A stretch of 63,911 nt of DNA, the filler included, from Octopus bimaculoides (taxonomy: Eukaryota), in assembly GCF_001194135.2 (NCBI RefSeq). It is 8 parts of 7 records of this genome, joined end to end, with 100 filler letters (N's around TTAATTAATTAA, not from the genome) between each part and the next. Parts side by side here need not be neighbours in the genome. Positions count along the whole stretch, not along the records: positions 1 to 20,692 come from NC_068996.1; 7 more parts are not named here. One strand, given 5' to 3'. Position 1 is the first letter of the stretch, and each line of letters starts with the position of its first letter. This document shows positions 1 to 12,879 of this stretch, piece by piece. The position numbers and the translations under genes are program-made. The notes beneath the pieces were generated by a model. The model saw nothing but the letters and a program-made list of their open reading frames with translations. It ran no database searches and was not told the origin of the DNA.

Positions 1-55
<55 letters not shown>

Positions 56-1329
56 AACTAGCTGGTGTACCAAGTAATTCCCGGGGGTAAAGATATTCCC
101 TTGAAACGCCTTATTACTCTGATATAAGAAAGCAATTTCGTTATAACTGCCTCAAAAACTGTCAGCTGGGGAGGGAGAGATTGTATGTATAGAAATATAT
201 GAATGAAGTGTTTGAAGAAAGTGCAATAATAACGTTCACACTTACTGATGGTTGCTCTCAGTAACTGCCTGTAGCTTACTGAGTTCTTGTTTGTATAACT
301 ATCGAGAAGCAGCCAGAGGAACAGAGATATTATTGAGAACAAATGATTTGTTGGAGGTCTGTTATCTCCACTCCAGCCTGTGATGACCTAGAAGAGGTTA
401 GAAGGGTCAAGTGGCAAAGACTTTATTCTACTTAGCAAAAGGCATCTGTGAAATGTATAACTGCTGTCATTCACAGAAAATCTATTGTTTTACCGTGAGA
501 AAAGTGCTGTTGAAGTGTTAAATGAAATTTGGCAATCCAAGGATCGAATCCACACTGTCTGCATGAAGCCACTACAAATACGTTGTGGAATAAAAAAATT
601 ATCTACTATCATGGAAAAAGTGTAACTGTAAAAATGCAGAATTATCGGAGTAATGGGCATTCAAAAAAGTATGTATGTATAGAAATGTATGAATGAAGTC
701 TTTAAGGTTTCAGATTCAAATTAAGGAAGTGCAATAATAATGTTTAGCAGTTCAAAACTGTGAGTAGTGAAATGCAGAATTAAGTCAGCTGATCGTGAGA
801 ATCAAATATTGATCACTTCGCTAAAAACTGCAGGTGGTATGGGTTATTTCCCTTGGGTTGTTTAAATAAAATATTAGTAATATGTAGTAGATAGAAGGAT
901 CCATTGGAGGGGCCCTATTATCGATATTTTTCAACAATTTCAGTATGTCATGACGTTTCCAGACATGAGTTCTACTCACGTGTTGAATAAAGTATAAGAG
1001 TGATATTGTCTGCAAAAATTAGAAATTGGACACACAAAAGATCAATATTCAAAGTAATTGAACATAAACAATGAAATGGGTTATTTCCCTGGAGTGTTTA
1101 AAAAAAATATTGTGCAGTTGCTATGGGTTATTTACCTTGGGTGTTAAAAAAATTTAGTTATATGAGATAGATATAAAGGTCCCTTCCAAGCACATATGAG
1201 TTCTACTCACATGTCAAGTTTCATCAAAATCAATAAAATGATGTAGGAAGAGTTAGCTAACAATGCCACAAACACACCGATAAATAGCACGTAAATAGCA
1301 CCATTTTAGCGTGATCGTTACCAGCGTCA

Positions 1330-1638
1330 CTTTCCTGGCACGTGAAAAGACATTCAAGCAAGGTCGTTGCCAGTGCCGCTGGACTGGTTCCTGTGCAGGT
1401 GGCACATAAAATACACCATTTTGAGTGTGGCCATTGCCAGTACCACCTGACTGGCCTTCGTGCTGGTGGCATGAAAAGCACTCACTACGCTCTCAGAGTG
1501 GTTGGCGTTAGGGCATCCAGCTGTAGAAACTCTGCCAAATTAGATTGGAGCCTAGTGTAGCCATCTGGTTCACCAGTCCTCAGTCAAATAGTCCAACCCT
1601 TGCTAGAATGGAAAGTGGACGTTAAACGATGATGATGT
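1330..1638 (+). mobile_element. Short repeat carrying the RTE-type 3' tail ending in (GAT)n
   Basis: Highly similar to 16887-17333 (GGTGGCAC..AAAAGCAC..TAGGGCATCCAGCTGTAGAAAC..GTTAAACGATGATG). Confidence 0.8.
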
Positions 1639-3184
1639 ATATATATATATGTATTTATATATGTGTATATATATGTATATATATATGTATATATATATGT
1701 GTGTGTATATATATATGTGTGTATATACATGTATTTATATGTATGTATATATGTATATATGTGTATGTGTATTTATATATGTTTATGAATATATATATGT
1801 ATATATAATACAAAACTCAAGGAATGAAGTATATAAAATCCAGGCTACATATGTTTCATAGCAAGCAGATCCTTCAAGTAGTAAATATCCAAGCAAGGTG
1901 TATACTCTTCAGGCCAAGTGTATCTTTGTTATATGAAGTTTACTTTGTTGTTAGGTGGCCCATATTAACACATGAAGGATTGAATCAGAATGTCTAGAAA
2001 GCACAGTTTGAGTGGACAATATAATTGTGAAGAGAAATTAGGAATATAAGAAAAGAAAAAAGAAAGGAGAAAATATGTAAGGGAGTGGGAAAGTTTAGAA
2101 GTAAAGTATTTAAGCAGGGTATTTTCACAGATAGCTTTCAATAGGGCCATTTAAGCACCCTGTAGTTAGGAAAAGTTTTAAAATAGTCAAGGAACAAAAC
2201 TTTCAAGAACTTTCCGCAATATTATTGTTTAAAGTGTATCACCTTGTCAAAGACCTTTTTCCAGGCTGACTAATGTAAGTTTAACTGGCTTAAACCACAA
2301 ATGTCAGCACCGCTGGCTTAAACACTTGTCCTGCAGTTGTCTCCCTTAAAAGAGAGATTCAGTTTTACCCTACCCTGAAATAAACCTGAGCAGCACCTCA
2401 TCTAGGCCAATTCTTCTCTCAGTCAGTTCTGCTATAACTTGCTCAATTTAATACCATTGCAGTTCTTGCTCATTAGTGCATCATTTTTTATCATCCCATG
2501 TAGCAGTTTTTTATCATCCCTTGCAGCAGTTTTTGAGTGCATTTTGTTGATAGTGCAAAACACTTCATCTCACATTTGCTTTGTGATCACTTTGACACCT
2601 GACATGCTACACTGTGCTACATCGATTTGATGGAGAGAATGAGCTAATGTATTTTGATCGCTATAAACAAATCATTTGTGCAGGTTGTTCATCAAGGAAT
2701 TGCAAAACTGTCTTTCTCAGACTATGAGAGACTACCATTATCATTTATTGACAGTAAATTACAGCATAGATTAAAATTGGCATTCTAATGAGTTGTCCAG
2801 TGTGTCCTTGTCTTAAGCTGGCACCAGTGACTATACTGCTATAAACATAAGTAGGTTGTCATTCTGGTTAAAAGAAGCATGTGTACTGTTGAATGTAGAG
2901 AATGCATAGGTGAGAGAATCTAATGTTCTCTTCTGTGATATTTGTTTTGCCAATCCTCTAAAATCAACAATGAAAATCCCTTGCCTCAAATCCTTCAAAA
3001 TTATTTTCTACTTCAATCATACATAAGAGTTGGCATCACCCCCCCCCCCCCAACAAGCACTGACTAGAGTAGTTGTCTTTAGTGCCTTCCATGAAGCTGC
3101 TAAATTGAATATTGTTGAGATTGTAGTTCTCAATGTTACTGAGAGTTCTTTATCCTCATGCATCTTTCCTTATATTGTCTTCTT

Positions 3185-3440
3185 TTAACACCATGAGAAT
3201 TTCTTCCAGATATCTTTGTTAATGTAACCTCTTGTAAATTTCATCATCATCTGCTTTCTATGCTGGCATGGTTCAGACAGTTTGACAGGGAATCCGAAAG
3301 TTACTAGGTTGTGTTGAACTTCAGTGTCATTTTTGGCATGATTTCTGCAGTTTGATGCCCTTCCTAATGCTAACACTTTTTGCAGAGTGTAGTAGATGCT
3401 CTCTTCATGCCAATGGCACTTGTGAGGTCACCGTGTAACT
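3185..3440 (-). mobile_element. Degenerate RTE-type 3' tail
   Basis: Reverse complement resembles the tail family, with a CATCATCAT end. Confidence 0.6.
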
Positions 3441-4289
3441 TCCATGACTGAAAAGAACAGAGAAAAAGGAAAATGAAAAATCCACCATTACTAGGAAGAA
3501 GTATTTGGGAGAGGAAGGTGGAGGTGTTTAGCTTTAGGCAGGGTGTTGAAAGACTAAAATATGGTAGTGGGACAAGCACAGGTGCCTTGCTATAGAGAAG
3601 CTACATGGTTGAAAGAGATAAAGAGAAGTTAGTGAGGGGTGCTAGAACAAATTCTCAAGGAACAAGAAGGTGAGCATAACAGAGGATACAGACAATAGGT
3701 TATGAAAGGGGATAAGAGTTGATGCTTTCATAAGAGTGAACAGATGGAGTAAACAGGTGGATGTAGAGGTTAATGTAGTGAGATATGAACTAAGGTGGGG
3801 TGTAGATAATGAGAAATACCAGTATGTAAAGGGTATAGTGGGAAAAGTAAGAGTGGCTTAGGAAGGAAAATAGAAAAGAATGTAGTGCAATGATGTGCAA
3901 GTGTATGAGCAGTGGAGAGGGAGATACAGCGATACATAAGGGGCTATAGTAGGTGAGTCATGATGGTAGATATGGGAGGGCAGATAAAAGAGGGTGTTAG
4001 ATGGGCTATAGCAGAGAAGACAGAGCAGTGGCTGAAGTTATAGAAAGGAGATGAAAGAGTGAAATAATGTAGGCAGGGATGATGTTGAATGGAAGTAGCT
4101 CCAAGGGGAGTTGAGATCATTTTGGAGGGGATGGGATGTAGTAAGAGCCAATTCTACTCTTGTGATTACAGTAGCTGAGTGGCACCATAGAGGGAGGAAT
4201 GAAAAGGTGGGAAGAATGCTTGATGTGTCAGAGAAAGAAGGGGTAAACAGGATTTTGCACATACAAGCATAACAGTAATTTTAGGATAT

Positions 4290-6930
4290 CATTTTAGCTG
4301 TAATGGATGGGTCTTCTTGAGCACAGTAAAATGCCAATCATCTTGGTCCTTTGTCATCTCTGTAAGGCTCAATTTCTTGAGATCAGCCTTTGTCCCATGT
4401 CTTCCTGGGTCTCCCTCTTCCACAAATTCCATCCACTTCAATTGGCACTTCTTTATGCAACTGTTCTCATCCATATGCATCAAATGACCAAACCAGTGCA
4501 GTCTTCTCTTTTGCACACTGCATGTTTTTATTCTTATGCCTAACTTTTCTCTCAGTATATTTGCACTTTGTCATACATGCAGACTAACATTGCACATCCA
4601 GCAGAGCATACTAGCTTCATTCCTCTCTAGTTTATGCATATTCTCTGCATTCAGGACCTATATCTCATTACCATGTAGCATTGCTGTATGTACACAAGCA
4701 CCATATAATCTGCCTTTTATTTAGAGCGAAAGATCTTTTGTTACCAACAATGGCAATAGCTCTCTGAACTTTCTCTATCCTATTCTTATTCTAACGACTA
4801 CACTTTCAGAACATCTACCTCTACTGCTAATTAGGTCACCTAGATAGCCAAAATTATCTACTACATCTAGGGAGCCTCTGGGGCATTTGAGAAAATCAAT
4901 TTCTCACTTGATATCGGACTCTATGGCACCTGTGCATCTTTCACAAAGGATAGCTAATTTCTCCATTAACCTTTCTACAATTCCACTGTACTCCTTGTGT
5001 GTCCATAGTTTGCACTAGGTACACCATATGCAATTTCTGTCTACACCTTTACTACATTTGAGCTGGGCCATTTACCTGAAGGCTGTAGGGTTCTGTCTCT
5101 TTTCCTGCTTACTAAAACCTTGATTTTTGCTAAGTTAACTTTAAGATCCTTTCATTTTAGGTTTTACTTTCACACCTGGAATTTATTTTCTAATTTTGTT
5201 ACATATTCTGTTATGAGAGTGAGATCATCAGCATTTAGTAGTTCCCAGGAGCAGCTAGCCTTAAATTCTTCTGTTATGACCTGGAAAACAATGATGAATG
5301 GGAGGGGATGAGAACTGTAAATGCTTACCTGCACACTAAATTCGTCACTGTACTCATTTCTAATTTTCACCTTACTAGCAGGACTCCTGTACATGGCTTG
5401 TACATCTTCCACAACCTGGCTTACCCAGAGACCATCATATCACAGAGTAGGGGACACTGTTAAAGGCTTTCTCCAGGTCAACAAATGCCAAGAATAATGG
5501 TTTACTCTTAACTAAATACTTCTACTGTCTGACTAAGAAGATAGCATAAGTAGTAGTTCTACGTAGCATAAAACCAAACTGCATCTCATCTACTCTAATT
5601 CTTTTTCTAAATTAATTGGGCTATAACTCTTGTCATAGCTTTCATGACCTGGTCCAGCAATCTGATACTTCTAAGTATCTTCTTTATCCTTGTTAACAGC
5701 TGATTATAATGCTACTACATCAGTCATTAGAGATGACACCTTCCTGAACAACCTGATTAACTATATGGGTGACTAGGCCTTATGCTACTCAATCAGATAT
5801 TTTAAGCATCTCAGCTTTAATTCTCAATGGACCAGGGGTTTTCCTTGTCATATCCTTAATTGCCTCATCTATCACACTACTGACAACTAGAATAGCTGGT
5901 CTCCTTGTTGGGTTCACATTGATAAGGCTCCCTTTCTTCCATGTATTCTTCATATGTAATAATCTTTCATAGTAGCACTTCCATTCATCTAGTTTTGGGA
6001 ATTACTAGGTACAAGCATACCATTACCATCCATACACACTTCTTACCCACAATGTCTAGATTCTGTCTGATACACTGTCTAGCAATTCAGAACACTTCTT
6101 ATCTGTGATACTCATGCTGTAAGACATTGGCAAACTTCTTCCTTCCTATCCCTGCTCTTGCTAGATAAACCTGTCACTCAGTTTCCTTTTAGCTACCTGA
6201 TATGGTTGTTTGCTACCTCTATTTTTCCATTCATTCCAAGCATATCTCTTCTCTTTTGTGGCCCTGTCAACTTCCCTGTTTCACCACCCTTCGTCTGGCA
6301 GAAACTTTTCTCCAACTACGGATACAGTCTATTATCCTCAGTAGTTACCCTGTAAAAACAGTTGTCCTCTGTGTTATACATCTCTATCTCATCCTTCTTC
6401 TCATCAAATGTTTCAATTAGAATATCTCTAACTCTCTGGCTATTTGAAGGATCCTTAAGCTTCCATAACCTCTTTTTCCATATCAGTTTTTGTCCCTAGG
6501 TCTTTCCATCTGAAGTTGCTAAGCACTAACCTATGTTGTGTTCTACATTCTCCACCCTGAAGGGATATTGTATTCACAAGCATCTGCCTATCTCTATTTC
6601 TGGTGAAAGTGTATTCAGTTTGGCCCACCAAATTGAGAGGCGAGGCAATACTAATTTCAAGAAACCTGCCAACAATCTGGCAGGTTTTCTGAATTTAGTA
6701 TTGCAGACCAGTAGGCCCAGGAGTTTTGTTTCCTCCTCATTTCTAGTGCCTAAGCCAAAACCTACATACAAACCTTAAATTCATTGGCATCTTGCCTAAC
6801 ATGACCATTGTAGTCACCAGCTATGATAATAAGGTCATTTTCCTTTGTTGTTGTGGTAGTCTGCAGAAGGGACTCAGAAACATTCCTTCTGTTCATCTGC
6901 TAGTCTGGCATGTAAAGTATATGCAGATAT
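4290..6930 (-). mobile_element. Decayed RTE-clade LINE (APE endonuclease, RT and C-terminal remnants)
   Basis: Frame fragments GFGxRN..VCNTKFRKP (APE), VQAMYR..SKVKI..YSDEFSVQV..WELLNADDL (RT) and RRLHWFGHLMHMDENSCIKKC (C-terminus), with many stops and frameshifts. Confidence 0.9.
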
Positions 6931-7860
6931 AAATGTCACTGCTCACAATTATACTTTAATCCATTGGTTAAACTGTGGCAGTAATATTTGGTAGCAAGAA
7001 CATGCACCCTGTTTTTCCATCATTACTGACAAGTTGGTGACTATCTGGTTGAGCATTGTCCAAAATAATCAGCACTTTGACCTTGTTGGCAGAAACTTGA
7101 ATGACCCCTTCTTGATAGTTATACATACACTTTAGGTATGAAATGTGAGAAAAATCAGTTTATTAAAAATGTTTATGGTGAATCATGATTTCTTAGAATG
7201 GTAATCATGCATTAGTAGCTAGTGTAGTGTCATGTCTTTCATACCCTGTTGATACATTGACCTCCTCACTTCCAGTAACTTCAAAAGATGCATGCCAACA
7301 GCATTTATGTAACACAAGTATTTTTTATTTAATTTCCTGACAAGTGCTCTATAGTTAATTTACAACTAGCTATGAACACTTCATTCTTAAAAGTTTGGGT
7401 ATTCTGATACAGTGACCACTTAGCCACCAATCCAGTTCCATCCTCTTGGAAATCAGTAATCCTTCACACTTTTTGAAGTCATTTAACCACTTCCTGAATG
7501 GTTTGATTTCTGGGCTTAGGTAGCTTGATGGCAGTAGTTTGAGTTACTGCATCATGGACTTTATCACAAGATCATTGATGGATAAAACTCTTCATCACAG
7601 CCTTCACAAGTTTCATAACTTTTGCAACTCTCATACACATCCTTGCACCAACAAATAATGATTGGAATTTGTATCAACATCATATTTCAATGAAAATGTG
7701 TGTTTGTCCTTGGCCTTGCATATGTCTGAAACTGTTTGTTTTTTAACATCTTCCCTTTTACAAACATTCACCACCTAAGTACCTGCCTCTAACTTTTTAA
7801 CTTCAAATTTTTGGTTCACAGACAGGGTTACATACTTCTTCAGATTATTACTCTCTATTG
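6930..7860 (-). mobile_element. pogo/Tigger-like (CENP-B HTH plus DDE_1) transposase pseudogene
   Basis: Manual minus-strand translation gives KKYVTLSVNQKFEVKKLEAGT*..KKQTVSDICKAKDK (psq-type HTH), LCYINAVGMHLLKLL and KVLIILDNAQP..LVSNDG..MFLLPNITA..PMD (DDE_1). Confidence 0.8.
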
Positions 7861-7899
7861 AAGATATATAAAATACAAGCCTGAAAAAATACTTCTTAC

Positions 7900-8660
7900 A
7901 TATTGAGCAGGGTCATCTCCCTGAAGGGGCTTGTGATTTGTCCATTTTCCTACTTACTAGGACTTTGCTCTTTTTGTAAAATTAACTCCAAGGCCCTTAG
8001 ATTCCAGGCCTTGCTTCCACACCTGAAACTTCTCAAGATTAGGTAGTGATTCAGTTATAAGAACAAGGTCATCAGCATAGAGGAGCTCCCAGAGGCGGCC
8101 AGTCTTGAACTCCTCTGTTAAGGCCTGGAGGACTAAGATAAACAAGAAGGGGCTGAGAAATGATCCTTGGTGAACTCCTACCTGTACATTGAATTCATTG
8201 CTATATTCGTTGCCAACCTTCACCTTACTGGCAGCATCCCTGTACATGGCTTGTACAGCTTTCAATAATCACTCATCTATCCCTACCTTCCACATTAACC
8301 ACCAAATAAGGGAGCAAAGGACCCTGTCAAAGGCTTTCACCATGTCAACAAAAGCCAAGTACAGAGGTTTATTTTTGGCTACATTCTCCTGCAGTTGCCT
8401 TACTAGGAATATAGCATCAGTCGTGCTTTTACCTGGCACAAATCCAAACTGCATCTCCTTTATGCTAACTCTCTTCCTAATTAATTGAGCTCTGGCCCTT
8501 TCTGTGGCTTTCATCACCTAGTCCAGCAATTTGATGCCTCTGTAATTATTTCTGTCTAAGACATTACCTTTGCCTTTGTAGCAGTTGACTATAATGCTAC
8601 TACATCAATCGTTGGGTATGATTCCCTTGTGGACAACCTGATTAATTATATGGGTGACAC
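7900..8660 (-). mobile_element. Second RTE LINE fragment, RT domain
   Basis: ORFs 8269-8517 (QFGFVPGKSTTDAIFLVRQLQE..LAFVDMVKAFDRV) and 7957-8265 (VGVHQGSFLSPFLF..LLYADDLVLI). Confidence 0.93.
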
Positions 8661-8787
8661 TTACCTACATAAGGAAGAGTCTGTGAAATTATTTTCTTTC
8701 TTTATTTCTTTACTATTTTTCATATAATGAGTTGAGGTTTTTGGGGCTTTTTTGTTTCTATTTCTTTATCTCTTTCTTTTTCAACAG

Positions 8788-8934
8788 CTACAAGTGGGTT
8801 CTCAGCTTCCAGAAATTATGTTATTTGAACGTATAAATAATTCTGTTGAATCTGTAAATATATCAGAACTATATCGCAGTAAAAAAGGGGTTTTATTTTC
8901 TGTTGTTGGAGCATTCACACCCGGCTGTTCTAAC
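8788..8934 (+). CDS. PRDX5: Peroxiredoxin-5-like, first visible coding exon (LQVGSQLP...KKGVLFSVVGAFTPGCSN), contains peroxidatic Cys
   Basis: Pyrimidine tract plus CAG acceptor at 8785-8787 and GTAAGT donor at 8935. 49 codons, phase 0-0. Matches the PRDX5 motif KKGVLFGVPGAFTPGCS. Confidence 0.93.
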
Positions 8935-9979
8935 GTAAGTAACTCTAATAAATATATTGTTATTTAAACTTCACAGAAAGTTTTCTTCTAAGTCTTTCAC
9001 TCTTTTGTTACCATATTTCTGTTAAGAATACAATTCTCATTTGAATTAATTTTGAAAATTATGAAGAATTGAATAAAATAACTTTGTCATTATTTAGTTA
9101 GTGTTTGAAACATAAATTAACATGGACTTTTGATGGAAGGTTTTAATTTAAATCACTTTCAAACAGGATGTTTGAATCATGGAACCAAAGGTGGTCTCAA
9201 GTGGATTGACATCAGAAGAATTAAAGCAAACCTAAGGGAAAGATCTGGAAACTAAGTTATATGACTAGAATATTTCTGTTGAAATACACTGCTTGTGTTT
9301 GAATTAATTTTGAAAATAACGAGGAATTTAGTAAAATAACTTTTTCATTATTAAGTGTTCAGAACATAACTTAACATGGAATTTTGATAAAAGGTTTTAA
9401 TTTAGATCACTTTAAAATAGGAAGTTTTTATCATAGATCCAAGTTAGTATACGGTGAGATGTGTATTGAGGGAGATTTACCTGCTGTTTCTTGCAGAGTG
9501 AACTACCATGTAAAGATTTTATTATTGGCTCAATAATTTATTTAGAAGTAACTTTGACTAAGAACACCTTTATTCAAAAATATATTTAGGACATTATACA
9601 CTGTATCTTTCATTAATTAAGATTTGATTTGAATATTTGACTGTTATTACTAGTATGTTGATCAACCAAGTAGAAGCGCCTTTCATGGTTTGACACAAAC
9701 AAGTGTTGCTGTTTGAGTTCAGATTTTTCTGCAGACCTACAAAATATTTGCATTTTAGCTTCAATATGTTTCCATCTGCCAGGAAATATACCAATAAATG
9801 ATAAAAATACAGAAAACAAATAAATAAATGTAAGTTTGTTTATATACACATGTGATTGTTAAATAAATAATTGTTTGATTAACACTTCTCTATAATTGAA
9901 TACAATTGTTGTTATTGTTGTTTTTCCGAAGTATAGAATATTGTCACTATTTTTACTGTTATTATTATTATCATTTCAG

Positions 9980-10021
9980 GCTCATATTCCTGAATATATT
10001 AACCACTATCAGGCATTTCGA
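9980..10021 (+). CDS. PRDX5: Peroxiredoxin-5-like, 42-nt exon (AHIPEYINHYQAFR)
   Basis: TTTCAG acceptor and GTAAGT donor at 10022. Phase 0-0. Aligns to PRDX5 THLPGFVEQAEALK. Confidence 0.88.
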
Positions 10022-10129
10022 GTAAGTAAAATGCATGCATGCGCATGTGCACTGATACACACGTACATAATCCCTAATGCTCTCCTCTCCCCATCTACTT
10101 ACAGGGAATTTGTTTTCCCTTTTCTATGA

Positions 10130-10325
10130 CCTCACTAGTTTCACTGACACACAAAAAAAGAACCCAATACACTACGTAAAGAGGTTGGTATTAGGAAGGG
10201 CATCTAACCAAAGAGACTATGCCAAAACTGACACTGGAGCTCAATGCAGCTCTGCAGTTTACCAGATCCTGTCAAACCATCTGTCCCATGCCTGCATGGA
10301 AAAAGGCATATTAAATTATGATAAT
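10130..10325 (+). mobile_element. Degenerate RTE-type 3' tail in PRDX5-like intron
   Basis: TTAGGAAGGGCATC..CTGCATGGAAAAAGGCATATTAAATTATGAT resembles the tail family. Confidence 0.6.
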
Positions 10326-11088
10326 TATGATAATGAGAATCAGAATGAGGAGGATGATACATACACATTCATATAAATACTCACTCCCTCATTCCTAATC
10401 CTGCATAAATATATTATACCTCTCAAACTACATCACTATTGCCATTTCTATTACATTTAATACACCTGTCTTGCACTATTGGATATGTCTTCTGTGCTTT
10501 AGCCATCTCCAATGCTATGAATTACCAATTAACACAGATCTTTGTCATTTCCTGTGTGACATGCAACATCTTGAGTTCAGAAAAGTAAATTTTGTGTTTA
10601 GTCTCAGCAGTGCTAAATTAACCACTTAGAAAAATAAGCATGTGCTTAGGGTATCAAAGGAAGTGGGAGCTCCACAGAAATAGTAAATGGTTTATGACAC
10701 CAAAGAAATCATTTTAAAATTTGTTAAATAATACTTGGGATGCTTTATCTTTACTAAGTGTAGAAGCAAATGTGTTACTTAAGATTAATTTTGAGGATCT
10801 GATCAAAGACTTTGCAATGAAATAAAGTAGAAAACTTTTCAAATATAAATAAAGTAGAAGTATACAAAAATAAGCATTATTTTCCATCTTAGTTTTGTTT
10901 CATTTTGAAAAATAAAAACTTGTTTATTACTATTTATATTTTGCATTACATATATATAGGGCCACCAAAATTTTCTAAGTATTTAGGGCTCTATAGGTCT
11001 CAGGTACAATAAAGTCCCCTTAGGCAGCAATATTGTTTATGTAAACTAAATTGAGCCTCTAACAGAACTACTTTTGTATTTATTGCAG

Positions 11089-11178
11089 AAAGCAGGATAT
11101 GATCTAATAGCTTGTGTTTCTGTCAATGATCCATTTGTGATGGCTGCTTGGTGTCGACAGACTAAATCAGAAGGAAAG
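11089..11178 (+). CDS. PRDX5: Peroxiredoxin-5-like exon (KAGYDLIACVSVNDPFVMAAWCRQTKSEGK)
   Basis: TTGCAG acceptor and GTAAGG donor at 11179. 30 codons. Contains the PRDX5 signature ACxSVNDxFVxxxW. Confidence 0.93.
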
Positions 11179-11219
11179 GTAAGGAAAAAGCTTGAATTTA
11201 ATGTATTTTTGTATTTCAC

Positions 11220-11362
11220 TATTCAGCTGGCACACTGGGCAAAATGCTTAGCAGCATTTCATCTATCTTTACATTCTGAATTCAAATTCCACTTGGGTTG
11301 ATTTAATCGATTTGGCCCCTCCCCTAAAACTACTGGCCTCGTGCCAAAATCTAAAACCAATA
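11220..11362 (+). mobile_element. Degenerate SINE (family of 13012-13227)
   Basis: CAGCTGGCACAC..AAAATGCTTAGCAGCATTTC..TTCTGAATTCAAATTCC matches the family head. Confidence 0.6.
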
Positions 11363-11976
11363 TTCTATATATGTAATCACAAACTGCAAAAATGTAGAAT
11401 TATGCTGCATCTTAGTCATCTCTGTGATAGGTTTTGATCCTCAAATTCCCATTGACTAGCCCCTGAATTTAAATAAAGTGTTAAACACTGTATGCAAATT
11501 TGTAGCACCAGTTTTCTGTAGCTACTTGATTTGTTGAGTGTATAAACAGATTGTTTTCCTGGGATTGGTCAAATTGATAGAGACATCTGTGAGGAGAATC
11601 CAATAACATTCAAAAATCGATTATGGCTGTTTGTCATTTTTTCAATCTACAGGAAAACAGCTAAATTTGTCCTGTTTAAATATCTACTTTATAGGTTACT
11701 TAATTTATGTTGCTAATACCTTATGAAAGATACAAATATCACAACATACCAGTCTCTCTTCATCTAAATATAAGCACCTTTATACACATTAAAAAAAACA
11801 AACAATGTTCCATTAATAAAACTCTTTTCTTTTCAATTATTGTTAAAAGTTTTGGAATCTACCACAAGAATAAGTGACTGTTTTATTCTTTTGTTAATGT
11901 GAATATATGTGTGAGTGTGGATATTGTATGTAGTATATTGATGTGGTGATTACTCAAAGATTTTCTCTACTTTCAG

Positions 11977-12071
11977 ATTAAAATGCTTGCAGATCCAAAA
12001 GGTGATTTTACGAAAGCTCTGGGAATGGAATTAGATTGTACAAAATTACTTGGCAATATCAGATCAAAACG
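11977..12071 (+). CDS. PRDX5: Peroxiredoxin-5-like exon ([32 protein letters not shown]), catalytic Arg split by the intron
   Basis: TTTCAG acceptor and GT donor at 12072 after CG (phase 2). Motifs LADPxGxF and GNxRSKR. Confidence 0.93.
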
Positions 12072-12879
12072 GTTTGTTTTATTTTCATATATATATTTGA
12101 GATTGTTGTTGTTAATGATGACAATGCCCTTCCATTTGCCAACCCTCACCTGTTTCCAAGCAAGATGATATTTTCCATAGTTAGACATATTTTTTGTGAA
12201 ACACTGGAAACAAACAATCTTGTTTGTATGATGATGATATCCATTTACAACATCATATGATGTCTAGACATAGGTACACACAAACACACACACACATCCC
12301 CCAACCATCTTCTCCACCTATTATACCTGGGAGGATCATGGAGGCAGAGTCCTCAGGTAACTCCTCCCTATTGAAGACTCTCTTGGGTTCATAATTGCTA
12401 CATCACATCACACTTTGAAAGCTATGCATTTTCATTACAAGGATAGGAGATTGTCTCTTTTGTTGATTAGATATTTAGTAGCAATGAAGCCCTCCGAGTT
12501 CCAAGATACAACCAATATTGTAGTTTATGTCATATTTCTATGGAAGATATCACATGTGATTAGGCAACCACCCAAAAATGTCATCAAGGTACTACTTCAC
12601 TCTGTGACATGATGTTGTAAAAACAAAATACCATGCCATTCAGAAAAATGACTGTCCTGGAATCCACTTGTTACTGACTACATCAACACAAGGAATATTG
12701 GTGGAACATTCCCATGAAAACATCTGTCAGATGTAAACCTAACAGACTGGATAGTGTTTGGGACAGAGAAGAAAAATTATGTACCATCATAGAGGACAGC
12801 TGCCAGCTGATGTGAAGATCTCTTTGAAAATTAAAGAGAAAGGGAATAACTACGGAGAACTGCCTTGAAACCTCCAATT

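Noticed and set aside
11973-12188. Antisense ORFs overlapping PRDX5-like exons
   Set aside because: Shadow frames of real coding exons.
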